The notes below the pieces were generated by a model. It was not told where the DNA came from. It searched no databases and saw only the letters and a program-made list of their open reading frames with translations. Of a stretch of DNA of 64,000 nucleotides, positions 28,960 to 39,106 are shown piece by piece. Both the position numbers and the translations under genes were made by a program. Within the stretch, counting starts at the first letter, position 1. Each line of letters begins with the position of its first letter. The DNA comes from an uncultured Fibrobacterales bacterium (GTDB taxonomy: Bacteria > Fibrobacterota > Fibrobacteria > Fibrobacterales > CAWVXU01), in contig CAWVXU010000005.1 in the NCBI GenBank assembly GCA_963934255.1, positions 2,570 to 66,569 on the forward strand. Direction: 5' to 3'.

Positions 28960-29808
28960 TTATTCGTTAAGATTCCAATTATAATTGTAATTGACTGAAC
29001 CATCAAAACTAATAAGTTTGGCTTTTAATTCAGGTTCTGCATATCTTTGTAGATGTTTGATAATATTGATTTCAGATGTACCAAAATCTTCTTTAAACCA
29101 TTTCCAAATAGATGAAATTTCAATCTCATTAGAGTCTGTAAATTTGACCCCGCGGCTGTGGTTGATATAAATTTTGGCTCCGTTATTCAATTGTGATTCA
29201 ATATTAGAATGGGTGTAGGCTGTGTTTGATAAATTGGGACAAGAGTAAGATGCACAGTTGATAGCATAGTGGATACGGTTATCGTTAAATAAAGGCCGAA
29301 GGATGTTGTGCTCAATATTATTAAGAGTGAGACTTTGGCCTTCTACTGTAAAAGCTTCAGTATCCCAGGGACCTGAACTAAAGAATCCTGATTTGATGTC
29401 TCTAATACTTTTAATGGGATAATTTTTGAGAACTATTTCAACTGTCACGGCATTGTAAATATTAATCCAATAGGCTTTTGCTTCATTTTTGTTGAGGCTA
29501 GTTGGATTGATGGTGCTCATCTTGGAGAGATATTGTGTGAGTGCTTTTTTATCATCGCTACTCATTTTATTGTATGAAAAGTAAGTTACCTGCGAGCGAG
29601 TAGTAATGTGTTTTTTTAATATTTTGTCCCAAATGCTATGGTCAAGTTTAATTTTTGAAGAAGTAGTAAATTCGGACCATTTCTTGAGCTCTAACTTCGA
29701 AGGAGATGCAAGTGGTGCGACCATAAAGCCAATCGTCATCAAGATAACTAAGGCAGCACTCATGTTTTTAATAAGATTAATTTTATTTATAGGGGATGTG
29801 ATTTTCAC
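28960..29808 (-). CDS. DUF547 domain protein
   Basis: AYWINIYNA, LNNIEHNILR, RIHYAINCASYSCP, SSIWKWFKEDF, YNWNLN. Confidence 0.9.
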   Translation of the reverse strand: MKITSPINKINLIKNMSAALVILMTIGFMVAPLASPSKLELKKWSEFTTSSKIKLDHSIWDKILKKHITTRSQVTYFSYNKMSSDDKKALTQYLSKMSTINPTSLNKNEAKAYWINIYNAVTVEIVLKNYPIKSIRDIKSGFFSSGPWDTEAFTVEGQSLTLNNIEHNILRPLFNDNRIHYAINCASYSCPNLSNTAYTHSNIESQLNNGAKIYINHSRGVKFTDSNEIEISSIWKWFKEDFGTSEINIIKHLQRYAEPELKAKLISFDGSVNYNYNWNLNE

Positions 29809-29912
29809 CTGATGATTCCTTTTTTTCTACTCACTAAATTCTTTGATATAATTTAGTGTTTTTGTATGAGATTAGCTTACGATTTATTTTAAGTGAATAG
29901 AATAAAGAACTG

Positions 29913-29943
29913 AAAAGACCCACCCAAATAGGGATGAGTCTTT
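29913..29943 (-). terminator. Probable terminator
   Basis: aaagacccaccc/gggatgagtcttt imperfect inverted repeat downstream of the 29974-30513 gene. Confidence 0.45.
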
Positions 29944-29973
29944 GAATCAAAACAGTAGGTTGTTTCTCAACTC

Positions 29974-30513
29974 CTAGAGGTTAGTTGTTGTATCGGATTC
30001 TATAGATTCTATGATGTCAGATGGAATATCTGTATCGGTGGGTAAATACTCAGTAAGCTCCATGAATAATGAGAGATTAGCAAAAACAAAAGTTTGAACT
30101 GCCATCTCATCTGGTTCACCATTGACTGAGGCGTCTAAAACTAAAGCCACAAACTCTGGGTTTTCAACTATCTGGGCTATTAAAGTATCAGGTATAGCTA
30201 TATCTTGTGAAGCAAACCCTGATTGGATAGCCTCGGTTGTCACATTTGCTTCACTAATATCACTGTTGCCATCAGTTTGAAAAACTTCTGGACTAAAGAT
30301 TGTACTTAGTATATCTAATTGAGAAATAAGTGCTTGTGGATTAAAAATTAAGGCACTATCAGAAGGTGAAGAGCTATCATCAATTTCATCAACCTCGCCG
30401 ACATTTGTTTGATTGTCACTTGAGCTTGACGTGGGATTCGAATCGTCATTACAGGCATTAAAGATAAGTAGGGCTAAGGCTGCGAATAAACTGATTGTTT
30501 TAACATTTTTCAT
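29974..30513 (-). CDS. Acidic hypothetical lipoprotein
   Basis: AGGAG RBS, lipobox FNAC, Ser/Asp-rich linker. Confidence 0.75.
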   Translation of the reverse strand: MKNVKTISLFAALALLIFNACNDDSNPTSSSSDNQTNVGEVDEIDDSSSPSDSALIFNPQALISQLDILSTIFSPEVFQTDGNSDISEANVTTEAIQSGFASQDIAIPDTLIAQIVENPEFVALVLDASVNGEPDEMAVQTFVFANLSLFMELTEYLPTDTDIPSDIIESIESDTTTNL

Positions 30514-30608
30514 AAAGTTCTCCTAATTACTATAATCTAGATGTTTTTATATCAATAATCCACAATTAATCAAGTATGACACTCCTTCTTGAGGGACAAT
30601 TTAAGGTT

Positions 30609-32003
30609 TTAAGTCGAAGGGTTGTGAAATATGATGAGTTTTTCTTTACTCATCTCCTTCATTGTCTGTAAAATACCACCTGTCCCAAGCCCTGAGTGGT
30701 CATTTCCACCAAAAGGCATCCAGTCGACTCGAAACGCAGTTTGATCATTAATAAGGACGGTCTTTGCATTCAGCTTCTCAATGGCTAAATGAGCCGTTTT
30801 CAATTGATTAGTAAAGACGGCGGATTGAAAATGCATCGGAGTTTGGTTTGCCTGTTCAATAGCATCAAGAATATTCTCATAGCTATAGACGCATAAAATA
30901 GGGCCAAAAACCTCTGTTTGGCTGACTTGAGCCTGAGGTGAAGGATGAAGAATAATAGTCGGCTGAAAATAACCTGGATTGGTAGAGCTACCACCGCAAA
31001 TGATTTTGGTATGAGGGTCCTCAAGTGATTCATTGACTTGCCTGACTAATCGATCAGCAATATGCGCTTCAATCAAAGGACCGACTTGTGTTAGTTCATT
31101 AATTGCAGGACCTACGATGAGATCTTGAGTCAGATGAGTTAAACGAGATATTGTTTTTTCTAAAATATCTTGGTGTACAAAGAGTCTTTGTACGCTCACG
31201 CAAACTTGACCTGCATGGTAAAAAGCACCTTTGACAATAGCGGGTAATGCGAGATCTAGATCTGCATCAGGCTCTAATATAACAGGGGCGATTCCACCAT
31301 GTTCAAGAGCGACTCGAGTACCCGGAGCCACTTGTGATCTGAGATGCCAGCCGACCTGACTTGATCCAATAAAACTCAAAAAATGAACACGAGCATCAGT
31401 TGCTAATTTCTCAGCATTTTCATTGGTGATGATGAGACATTGCGCCCAAGCTAGAGGTAAGCCTGCTTGATGTAATAAGTCGATCATCTTGATACAACTA
31501 AGTGGTGTAGTCAGAGCGGGCTTAATAATAACAGGACACCCAGCAGCGACGGCGGTAATGACCTGGTGAACGATAAGGTTCATAGGATGATTGAAAGCAC
31601 TAATGGAAACCACCACACCAATAGGTTCAAGTTGAGTCAAAGCGATTCTTGACATGGAAGACTGGGTGAGTCCCATGGGAATTTCTTGACCTTTGAGTTG
31701 GGGAATTGATTCAATGGCAAGTTGTATACCCTGAAGTACTCGAGCAAATTCAACTCGAGTGTCCTTAATTGGTTTGCCGCCCTCTAAAGTGGAGAGTTCA
31801 ATGAGTTCAATTTGATGATCTTTCATTAAGTGAAGAAATTGATTTAAAATTTCAGAACGTTTAAATAGAGCAAGCCCGCGTGGTTTTTGTAAATGAACTT
31901 GAGTGGCAAGGTTTAAGGCTTGATCAATGTCCTTAGTATCATTATGGATTGCAATCTCTTCTATGAGTGTTTGATTAGAAGGATTAAAAACTTTTAATTT
32001 CAT
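30609..32003 (-). CDS. Aldehyde dehydrogenase family protein
   Basis: FNHP, FIGS, LEHGG, GQVCVS (catalytic Cys), EVFGP, MPFGG. Confidence 0.93.
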   Translation of the reverse strand: MKLKVFNPSNQTLIEEIAIHNDTKDIDQALNLATQVHLQKPRGLALFKRSEILNQFLHLMKDHQIELIELSTLEGGKPIKDTRVEFARVLQGIQLAIESIPQLKGQEIPMGLTQSSMSRIALTQLEPIGVVVSISAFNHPMNLIVHQVITAVAAGCPVIIKPALTTPLSCIKMIDLLHQAGLPLAWAQCLIITNENAEKLATDARVHFLSFIGSSQVGWHLRSQVAPGTRVALEHGGIAPVILEPDADLDLALPAIVKGAFYHAGQVCVSVQRLFVHQDILEKTISRLTHLTQDLIVGPAINELTQVGPLIEAHIADRLVRQVNESLEDPHTKIICGGSSTNPGYFQPTIILHPSPQAQVSQTEVFGPILCVYSYENILDAIEQANQTPMHFQSAVFTNQLKTAHLAIEKLNAKTVLINDQTAFRVDWMPFGGNDHSGLGTGGILQTMKEMSKEKLIIFHNPST

Positions 32004-33241
32004 GAAGATTTCCTTTGCAATAAACAGAGAGTTTCGTAGTGAGCAGTATGGGGGAAAAGGTCAAATATTTGAATTTTTTTAATTTCAAAAGACGGCATCA
32101 TGCATAAATCACTTGCCAAAGTCTTGGCTTCACAACTACTATATATTATTGAGAGTACTTGTGATGATTCAATAAACTCACATACGGATTGACTAATCCC
32201 TCGCCTAGGTGGGTTGACTATCATTATGTGAGGAGAGTTTGATTTTTCATATTTTTTAACAAAAGTTTTATTGGAAGTATAGTCCTGGCTATCCATAGCT
32301 TGAAATGAAATATTTTTCAGGTGGATTTTATTTGCTGTAGTGGTTGCTGCATGAATCGCTTCAGGTGAAATTTCTATTCCAGTGAGTATAGGGTTCAATA
32401 GTTGTTTTTTGAAGTATTGTGATATGCTAATGCCAAATCCACCAACGCCACAAAATAAATCCCATATATTTATTTCACCGTTATTTTTATCTAAATGACA
32501 TTGATTATTCATTTGTTCAACAGTGCTGTATGCCCAAAGAGAAGCTGTTTTATAAAGTGTTTCAGCGAGGTGGCTATTGGTTTGAAAAAAACCACCTGGA
32601 GTCATAGCAAGAGGTATGTCGTTTAAGCTCTCAACTAAGTAATTTTTGTCACTGAGAATAATCTCTTGATGGCCTTCAATGATTGCTTTGTGTTCACTTT
32701 GAATATTTATTGTGAGTACTTTTATTTTCGGAAATTTTTCTTGGAGTAAAGGTAGTCGTTCTTCAATACGTTTTTGAATATCAAGAGACCTCAATACCAA
32801 TCGAACCATAAATTCGTTTTGACGATTTTGGGTGACCAGCACGTATTTCAATTCACCCTTTTGTTTGTCTTTTCGATAGGGTGGAATCCCAGCAACTTGT
32901 ATCCATTCTTGAATACCTAGTAAAAGCTCTTGCATGTCAGGAGTGTAAAGTGGACAATCTACAAGTGAAACAATTTTGCCATGATGATTTTCTATACCTA
33001 AAGAAGGATTGTGTGCTCCGCCAAGAGCGACCATCTTGGCCTTGTTTCGAAACTCAGAAATCGGACCCGACTGAGTTTCTTGTAACAGGCTGGGGTAGTC
33101 GTTATCATAAAATGGAGTTGTTTTCAATAGTTGAATGAGATGGTTTTCTTTTTCAATAATTTGGTGAGCTAGATCTTTTTCAATCCATTGACAAGATCGA
33201 CAACGATCTGATTGATAATGATGGCATTCTAGTGTGTTCAT
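32000..33241 (-). CDS. rlmC: 23S rRNA (uracil-747-C5)-methyltransferase
   Basis: N-terminal CxxYxxxRCRSCQW, FRNKAKM, FFQTN, WDLFCGVGGFG, VNPPRRG, YSSC, FPHTAHYE. Confidence 0.85.
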   Translation of the reverse strand: MNTLECHHYQSDRCRSCQWIEKDLAHQIIEKENHLIQLLKTTPFYDNDYPSLLQETQSGPISEFRNKAKMVALGGAHNPSLGIENHHGKIVSLVDCPLYTPDMQELLLGIQEWIQVAGIPPYRKDKQKGELKYVLVTQNRQNEFMVRLVLRSLDIQKRIEERLPLLQEKFPKIKVLTINIQSEHKAIIEGHQEIILSDKNYLVESLNDIPLAMTPGGFFQTNSHLAETLYKTASLWAYSTVEQMNNQCHLDKNNGEINIWDLFCGVGGFGISISQYFKKQLLNPILTGIEISPEAIHAATTTANKIHLKNISFQAMDSQDYTSNKTFVKKYEKSNSPHIMIVNPPRRGISQSVCEFIESSQVLSIIYSSCEAKTLASDLCMMPSFEIKKIQIFDLFPHTAHYETLCLLQRKSS

Positions 33242-33924
33242 GTTGTTGACTTTATCATTAGGCTAAGGAGAGGGTGTTCTTGGATAGATGTAAAAGATTT
33301 GGGCCAGGGTGCATTGAGTGTGATTGACTCTTCTTGTTTGGGAGGCCTAAAGGTAAGACTACTTGCATGTAGAAACAAACAATCTTCATCTAGATTGTTT
33401 CTGAATAATTTATTTTGAAAACCATCTCCATGGGTGGTGTCTCCAACAATGGGGTGCCTTAGGTGGCTAAGGTGTCTTCTTATTTGGTGAAAGCGACCTG
33501 TTTTAGGTTTGGCCTCTACTAGAGAATATCTTGATTCAGTAAAACCTCTTTGGGGTATCTGAAAAGAAAATTTTTCTAAAAGTTTAAAATTTGTGATACA
33601 TTCTTTTTCATCAAGGTCGTAATCAAGTGTGCCTTCATCTTGAAGCCATCCTCTGACTATAGCATGGTAGGTTTTATGAACTTGATGCTCTTTAAATTGT
33701 GTTTGCAAAATTCGAGCGGCTTCAGGACTTAAAGCAAATAGAAGTACTCCACTTGTGGGTCGATCAAGTCGATGTACCGGAAAAACTAATTGGTTGATTT
33801 GATTGCGTAATTCTTGTAAGACAAAAACTCGATCAGTAGATATCTCAGTTTTATGAACAAGGATACCATTTGGCTTATTGATGACGATTAAATCATTATC
33901 CTGATAGAGTATATCAAAAATCAT
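33238..33924 (-). CDS. truC: RluA-family pseudouridine synthase, TruC-like
   Basis: NKPNGILVH, HRLDRPTSG, KTYHAIVRGW, RYSLVE..PKTGRFHQIRRH, GDTTHGD. Confidence 0.8.
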   Translation of the reverse strand: MIFDILYQDNDLIVINKPNGILVHKTEISTDRVFVLQELRNQINQLVFPVHRLDRPTSGVLLFALSPEAARILQTQFKEHQVHKTYHAIVRGWLQDEGTLDYDLDEKECITNFKLLEKFSFQIPQRGFTESRYSLVEAKPKTGRFHQIRRHLSHLRHPIVGDTTHGDGFQNKLFRNNLDEDCLFLHASSLTFRPPKQEESITLNAPWPKSFTSIQEHPLLSLMIKSTT

Positions 33925-35180
33925 TGGACGTCTTCAATATGAGTAGAAGTCACTCTAGTGAGGTGAACATATTTCAACCAGAGACCTAAACTAAAGACAA
34001 TTTCACCAGTCATGACAATGAGGGCAATATAATCTTTGAATCCAAGCTGCAACCCGATATAAGTCACCGTTATATTAATAAGTGCTGCGATAAGAAAAAT
34101 ATAAAGATAGTGTTGGGTCTTATCCATCCGGACGTACCAACTAATGTAATTGACCCTAAAGGCTTGTGCTGCAATGCTAATACAAAAGAACATTAAATTT
34201 TGTTTAGCCCAATTAACTTCATCTACTTGCCAATCTAGCCCGAAGTACAAAAACTGAAGACCCCATTCACCCAAAAATTGAACCGCCATAATTATCGGAA
34301 GAGTGAGTATGAGGGTGAATTGTAAAGACTCTTTTAAAGAAACTTTTTGGTTTGAACCAGATTGAGAGTGAACAATGCTAGAACTCAAAAAATGAACTAA
34401 AAAACCAGACAAAATAATAATAAGTCGATGAGATGTATTATAAATTCCAATGATCCTATCACCTGCATACATGAAGTCTAAAGCATAAAATCCAATGGGC
34501 ATGAGAAAGAAATTAAGAAACCCACCAACGGCAATATTTTTGCTTCGATTTAATTGATCTATAAAAAAGGTGAAGACGTTTTTCTGTAGACGTGTAAACA
34601 ACTTAGTTGGAAACAATCCCAAGGCGACAGCTGTAGCAATAATATGAGAGATATTAAGTGCAATAGAAAGATGAAGAATTGAATGCTCGCTTGGATTTTG
34701 TAAAACCCAAAGTGCAATGCCGGCATAGATTAAAAATTGTGTCATTTTAATAAGAAAAAGGCTTTTCCATTTTTTTTCAGAGATAAAAAACCAATCCAAG
34801 ATATTTGGACTAAAAAATATTCCAAAGACCAGAGGCCACATTGCATCAAAATTAGGATGTGAAGATCTTAAGCTGAGGGTGTAAATACAAAAAAGAATGG
34901 AGCTAATCAGACCAAGAAAAACCATGGCCCAAAAACTATTTCGTTTGGTGTCATCATCGGGCTTATTTTGATAAAGTGACATTAATATATGAGTCATTCC
35001 AAAATCACGCAGGAACAAGAACCACATAAAGTCATGTTGCAAAATACCAAATTGACCAAATTGAGCAGTACCGAGTTGTTGTGCTACAAAGTTGACGATG
35101 AAAAAATTAAAAACTTGAATCCCAAGTGAGATTCCACTAAGTATCATCCCGCTGCCTAGTGTTTTACGTAGTTGACTCAT
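33921..35180 (-). CDS. Polysaccharide flippase-like membrane protein
   Basis: LG..QFG, DFG, DWFF, GIYN motifs; about 12 TM helices. Confidence 0.65.
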   Translation of the reverse strand: MSQLRKTLGSGMILSGISLGIQVFNFFIVNFVAQQLGTAQFGQFGILQHDFMWFLFLRDFGMTHILMSLYQNKPDDDTKRNSFWAMVFLGLISSILFCIYTLSLRSSHPNFDAMWPLVFGIFFSPNILDWFFISEKKWKSLFLIKMTQFLIYAGIALWVLQNPSEHSILHLSIALNISHIIATAVALGLFPTKLFTRLQKNVFTFFIDQLNRSKNIAVGGFLNFFLMPIGFYALDFMYAGDRIIGIYNTSHRLIIILSGFLVHFLSSSIVHSQSGSNQKVSLKESLQFTLILTLPIIMAVQFLGEWGLQFLYFGLDWQVDEVNWAKQNLMFFCISIAAQAFRVNYISWYVRMDKTQHYLYIFLIAALINITVTYIGLQLGFKDYIALIVMTGEIVFSLGLWLKYVHLTRVTSTHIEDVQ

Positions 35181-35392
35181 TTAATGAAAGCTCGCATGCT
35201 GTTGAGCTGATGAATTGTCAAATTAAGAGATTGAATAATTAATTCAAGGTCAGGACTTTTTACTTCAATTAGGTAAGGTGTGTTAAACTCAGAAGTCCCG
35301 TATCGAGGATTGATTTGGTAAAAATCCTCAATCTCCACTTCCCAGTCAGAAGTGAGTTGAAGGTCAACTTTAGGGAATTGAATTTGGCTCAT
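35177..35392 (-). CDS. Small hypothetical protein
   Basis: ATG about 35392; stop overlaps the next start (ATGA coupling). Confidence 0.45.
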   Translation of the reverse strand: MSQIQFPKVDLQLTSDWEVEIEDFYQINPRYGTSEFNTPYLIEVKSPDLELIIQSLNLTIHQLNSMRAFIK

Positions 35393-35415
35393 ATTGTAAA
35401 TATACAAACCATAAA

Positions 35416-35436
35416 GGCCTCTTGGTATGAGAGGCC
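35416..35436 (-). terminator. Hairpin/terminator
   Basis: ggcctct-N7-agaggcc downstream of the 35472-36824 gene. Confidence 0.5.
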
Positions 35437-35471
35437 CTTATTTGATGCTGTGTTTGTCTTTGAGGGCGGGG

Positions 35472-36824
35472 TTAAATACTGTCAGAGATCTGTTCTGTTT
35501 CTTCTATTTTCGTTCTGAGTTTGAGTAATTTTCTAGAATCTTGCACGACTCGGTTCATCATCACTTGTAATTTACTCATGTCAGAATCAAGCGAAAACAT
35601 TGAATTCTCTACACTTGTAAAGTCATCACTTACTGATTTGTTGTCCATCATTAGATGTTGGTGCATTGTAAGTAAGCTTTGTTCAAGTTCTTGCATGTTT
35701 TCAATTGTTAATTTACCAGATGTTGTCAAACTCTTAAGCTGAGTAATTTTATTCATGATTGAGCTAAATTGATCTTCTTCATGTGCATTTCGGGTTCTGA
35801 TGTCAAGGTTGAGCTGATGAATATTGCGTTTGACATCTTCATTGACAATTGCGGTGGAATTAAGGACACTACTCTCTTTTTTAGAATTGGCCCAATTTTG
35901 ATCGACAACCCCAAGTAATTCTTCTACTTGATGAACAAATTCGCTGTTTTCAATGAGTCTGGCCTCCTGAGGAGAACCTGCAAGCATGACTGAGAAGTGT
36001 TTAGTGTTAAATAATTTCCAGAAGAGTAATGCGCTTAAGCCTATTCCTAGGAAACAGGCAATCCAGAGTGTCATGAGGTTATTTTTGGCGTCTGCTGCCC
36101 ATTGACTGGTGGCCTGTAAAGCCGCCACTTTAAGACCCAAGATTGATGAGATAGACTTATCGTATTGTACCTGATAGTTTGATCGATTATCTAAAAACAT
36201 TTGAGTAGAACCCATAAAGGTGGCCAATTCTAGTCCCATACTTTGAGAGAAAGCGGCACTCTTTAAATTCTCACCTTGCATGTCTTGAGTCAAAATATTG
36301 AGCCTTTCAATTGAGGCTGCGTCCAAATTGCCTATGTATATTGCTGTTTTCAGATGTGTGAGCCAGGCGGTTGCTGCTGCTAGATAGGAAACCTCAGATC
36401 GAGAAATAGCTATTTCAGAATTTTGCTTGAAGTTTAAAATTGCGGCTTCCATTTCAGTAATACCTGAGAGAAGAGCAATCTTTTCGGTTTGTATTGCCTG
36501 TGAACTTTCAATCAGAGAGTTGATTCTCGTTTGATTTTTAGTGAAGCCTTCTCTCATAGAGGCAAGAGGACCAAGATATGTTTCACCTAAATTTTCTGCA
36601 TACCAAGTAGAAGCAATTTGAGTCGAGGGTTCAGCCAACATTGAAAGTTGTGCTTCAGCTTGTTCTACATGATGAACAGCTGCATCTGCTTGCCGAAGTT
36701 TATCCATCGTCGTTTGGTTCTTATTCATGGCTGTAATGAAAAATGCTGCTGTTAGTAGTAGACTAAGTCCTGCTAAAAATTCGAGAAAAAACTTCCAACT
36801 TCTTAGTGTTTGCCAAGTGTTCAT
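35472..36824 (-). CDS. Two-TM helical protein with chemoreceptor-like topology lacking the MCP hairpin motif
   Basis: TM at about aa 12-32 and 250-270, helical periplasmic region, heptad-rich cytoplasmic tail; no LLALNAAIEAARAG. Confidence 0.55.
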   Translation of the reverse strand: MNTWQTLRSWKFFLEFLAGLSLLLTAAFFITAMNKNQTTMDKLRQADAAVHHVEQAEAQLSMLAEPSTQIASTWYAENLGETYLGPLASMREGFTKNQTRINSLIESSQAIQTEKIALLSGITEMEAAILNFKQNSEIAISRSEVSYLAAATAWLTHLKTAIYIGNLDAASIERLNILTQDMQGENLKSAAFSQSMGLELATFMGSTQMFLDNRSNYQVQYDKSISSILGLKVAALQATSQWAADAKNNLMTLWIACFLGIGLSALLFWKLFNTKHFSVMLAGSPQEARLIENSEFVHQVEELLGVVDQNWANSKKESSVLNSTAIVNEDVKRNIHQLNLDIRTRNAHEEDQFSSIMNKITQLKSLTTSGKLTIENMQELEQSLLTMHQHLMMDNKSVSDDFTSVENSMFSLDSDMSKLQVMMNRVVQDSRKLLKLRTKIEETEQISDSI

Positions 36825-37062
36825 AATTGCACCCTACCTTCCCAAGTTTTTGATGTGCCGTTTTTATTATGCCGACAAATCAAAAGAAATACAATAGAAA
36901 GTGTAATTAAAACAACGGACTAGCCTTAAGGCCACTCAATTAAATATAAAAACTCAAATTTAGAGCATTAAAAACTCAAATAGCCTAAATAATTGTTTAA
37001 TTATTAAAAACTTTCACCATAAAAGTCGGACGGATTCAAATTCAAAAGAGGGTATTTTTATT

Positions 37063-37796
37063 TTATTTTGTGAGAAGAATATCAATGTGAGGGTACTGTG
37101 TCTTTTCTTCCAAAACAGCTTTAATTCCCGGTATGGCATTTAGCTTTTTTAAATAAGCTTGAATAATTTTTCTACCAGCAGAAATTTTACGATGGCGAAT
37201 TCGTACACCGGGAATGTCTTTGACTCGTATGTCAATTTTGTATCCTGTATAGTGTGAGTAGGTTCCTTTTTTATGAAACTTACTTTCCGTACCACTAGTA
37301 ATCGTGGGTATAAATTTTCCAAAAGCAGTCCTTAGTTTTGGAATTAATGAATACCACTTGGGATTCATTCTTGAAAATTTAACATCATACTTGACATTAA
37401 ATCCGGCCTGACGAACTCTGGCTTTGAAGACCTTATGACGAACTGGATATTTCCAAATAATATTTGAATTGTAATTAATTGTGGGAGCAGATTTGTTATT
37501 CTTTGGTCTTGCCGCAATGAGTTGTTGAAGTTTTTCTTGCTTGAGTTGTCTACGTGTTTTTACAATGGGTTGTTGATATTTATTAGTATAGTTTTTTTTG
37601 ACTTGAGTGTAACGATCTTGGTTGATATTCATCTTTAGTTTTTGTGCAAAATAGGGGTCGGATCTAAGTGCCGAATCTAGTTCACTAGCATAAAGAGATG
37701 ATGCGCAGATTAGCCAAAGTAAACACACAAAAACTATAGAAAGCGACTTGGCTTTCCATGGTTTATTTTTTGTGATCATCAATACTTCTATTCTCA
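37063..37796 (-). CDS. Secreted basic protein with C-terminal M15/Hedgehog-DD-peptidase-like zinc motif
   Basis: Signal peptide; ITSGTE..H....SHYTGYKIDIR (H-x6-D) and terminal PHIDI; true start lies downstream of the supplied one. Confidence 0.55.
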
Positions 37797-37822
37797 TATA
37801 ACAGATTAATTCTTTATCCAAA

Positions 37823-39076
37823 TTATTTATTCGACAAAGCAATTGGGGCCAAATCTTCGCCTTCACTCTTAGCAATTAAGACTGCGGCACAACTATCGCT
37901 AAAGACATTTACGGAAGTTCGGCACATATCTAGAATTCGATCAACTGCCAAAATCAAGCCAACACCCTCAAGCGGAAGTCCGATGCTCGATAAGATCAGT
38001 ACAATAGCGACAAGTGATGCAGAAGGAATACCTGCCACACCGATAGAAGTCATTAGTGCGATAATGACCACCGTTAGTTGAATTCCAAAAGTCATTTCTA
38101 GGCCGTAAGCTTGGGCGATAAATAATGCAGCGACACATTCATAGAGTGCGGTACCATCCATATTGACAGTGGCTCCTAAAGGTAAAGTAAAGCTAGATAC
38201 CTTCTGAGAAGCACCGGATCTATTTTGAACACACTCCATCGTCTTAGGGAGGGTTGCTGCCGAGCTTGATGTAGAAAATGCAGTTAAAAGAGCCGGAGAC
38301 ATTGCGGTGAAATGTTTGAAAGGTGAAAGTCTTCCGACGGTGACTAATAGGATAGGAAGAGCGACGAATGTATGAAGACCTAATGCGACAATCACTGACA
38401 AGAAAAACCAAGCTAGGGGAGCGATAGCATCAAGACCTGTTTGGGCGGTCGTCTTGGCGATTAATCCGAAAACACCAATAGGTGCAAAGCGCATGACGAG
38501 GTTGGTCATTTTCATCATGATCTCATTGAGGCCTTGCCAGAAATTATTCATCGTATCTTTGAGGGGTGATTTTAAAGTAGACAACATAAAACCAAAGATC
38601 AGAGAGAAGGTAATAAGACCTAACATCTGACCTTGAGCGGCTGCGTTCACAATATTCGAAGGAACCATGCGAAGGAAGATACCTGTAATGTCGCTGGTGC
38701 CTTTACCACTAATTGCAGCTCGTTTGGATTCAGGAATTTCACTTAAACCAATGATGTCTTTGGCTGCTTGTCCATCAATGATCCCCGGTTGAATAAGATT
38801 GACGATCGCTAGTCCAATGAGGATGGCAATAAGCGATGAGAACATATAATAGCTGAGAGTTTTAACTGAAAGTCTAGCAAAACCACTTTCACTACCCATG
38901 GTGCTCATCCCTGTAATAATAGAAGATGCAATGAGTGGGACGATCAACATTTTAAGTCCCTGAAGAAAAAGTGTTCCTAAAAAACTATAGGTATCGATGA
39001 GCCCTGGTGTATCAAAATAGGATCCGGCGAGCACAGCTAGGATGATTGCAATGAGAATTTGAAAGTGAAGTTTCAT
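37823..39076 (-). CDS. Dicarboxylate/amino acid:cation symporter (DAACS, GltP-like)
   Basis: LKMLIVPL, AFSTSSSAATLP, LPLGATVNMDGT, GVAGIP, VDRILDMCRTSVNV. Confidence 0.94.
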   Translation of the reverse strand: MKLHFQILIAIILAVLAGSYFDTPGLIDTYSFLGTLFLQGLKMLIVPLIASSIITGMSTMGSESGFARLSVKTLSYYMFSSLIAILIGLAIVNLIQPGIIDGQAAKDIIGLSEIPESKRAAISGKGTSDITGIFLRMVPSNIVNAAAQGQMLGLITFSLIFGFMLSTLKSPLKDTMNNFWQGLNEIMMKMTNLVMRFAPIGVFGLIAKTTAQTGLDAIAPLAWFFLSVIVALGLHTFVALPILLVTVGRLSPFKHFTAMSPALLTAFSTSSSAATLPKTMECVQNRSGASQKVSSFTLPLGATVNMDGTALYECVAALFIAQAYGLEMTFGIQLTVVIIALMTSIGVAGIPSASLVAIVLILSSIGLPLEGVGLILAVDRILDMCRTSVNVFSDSCAAVLIAKSEGEDLAPIALSNK

Positions 39077-39106
39077 AAATTATTCTTTTGATTGAGGTTA
39101 TAAAAG

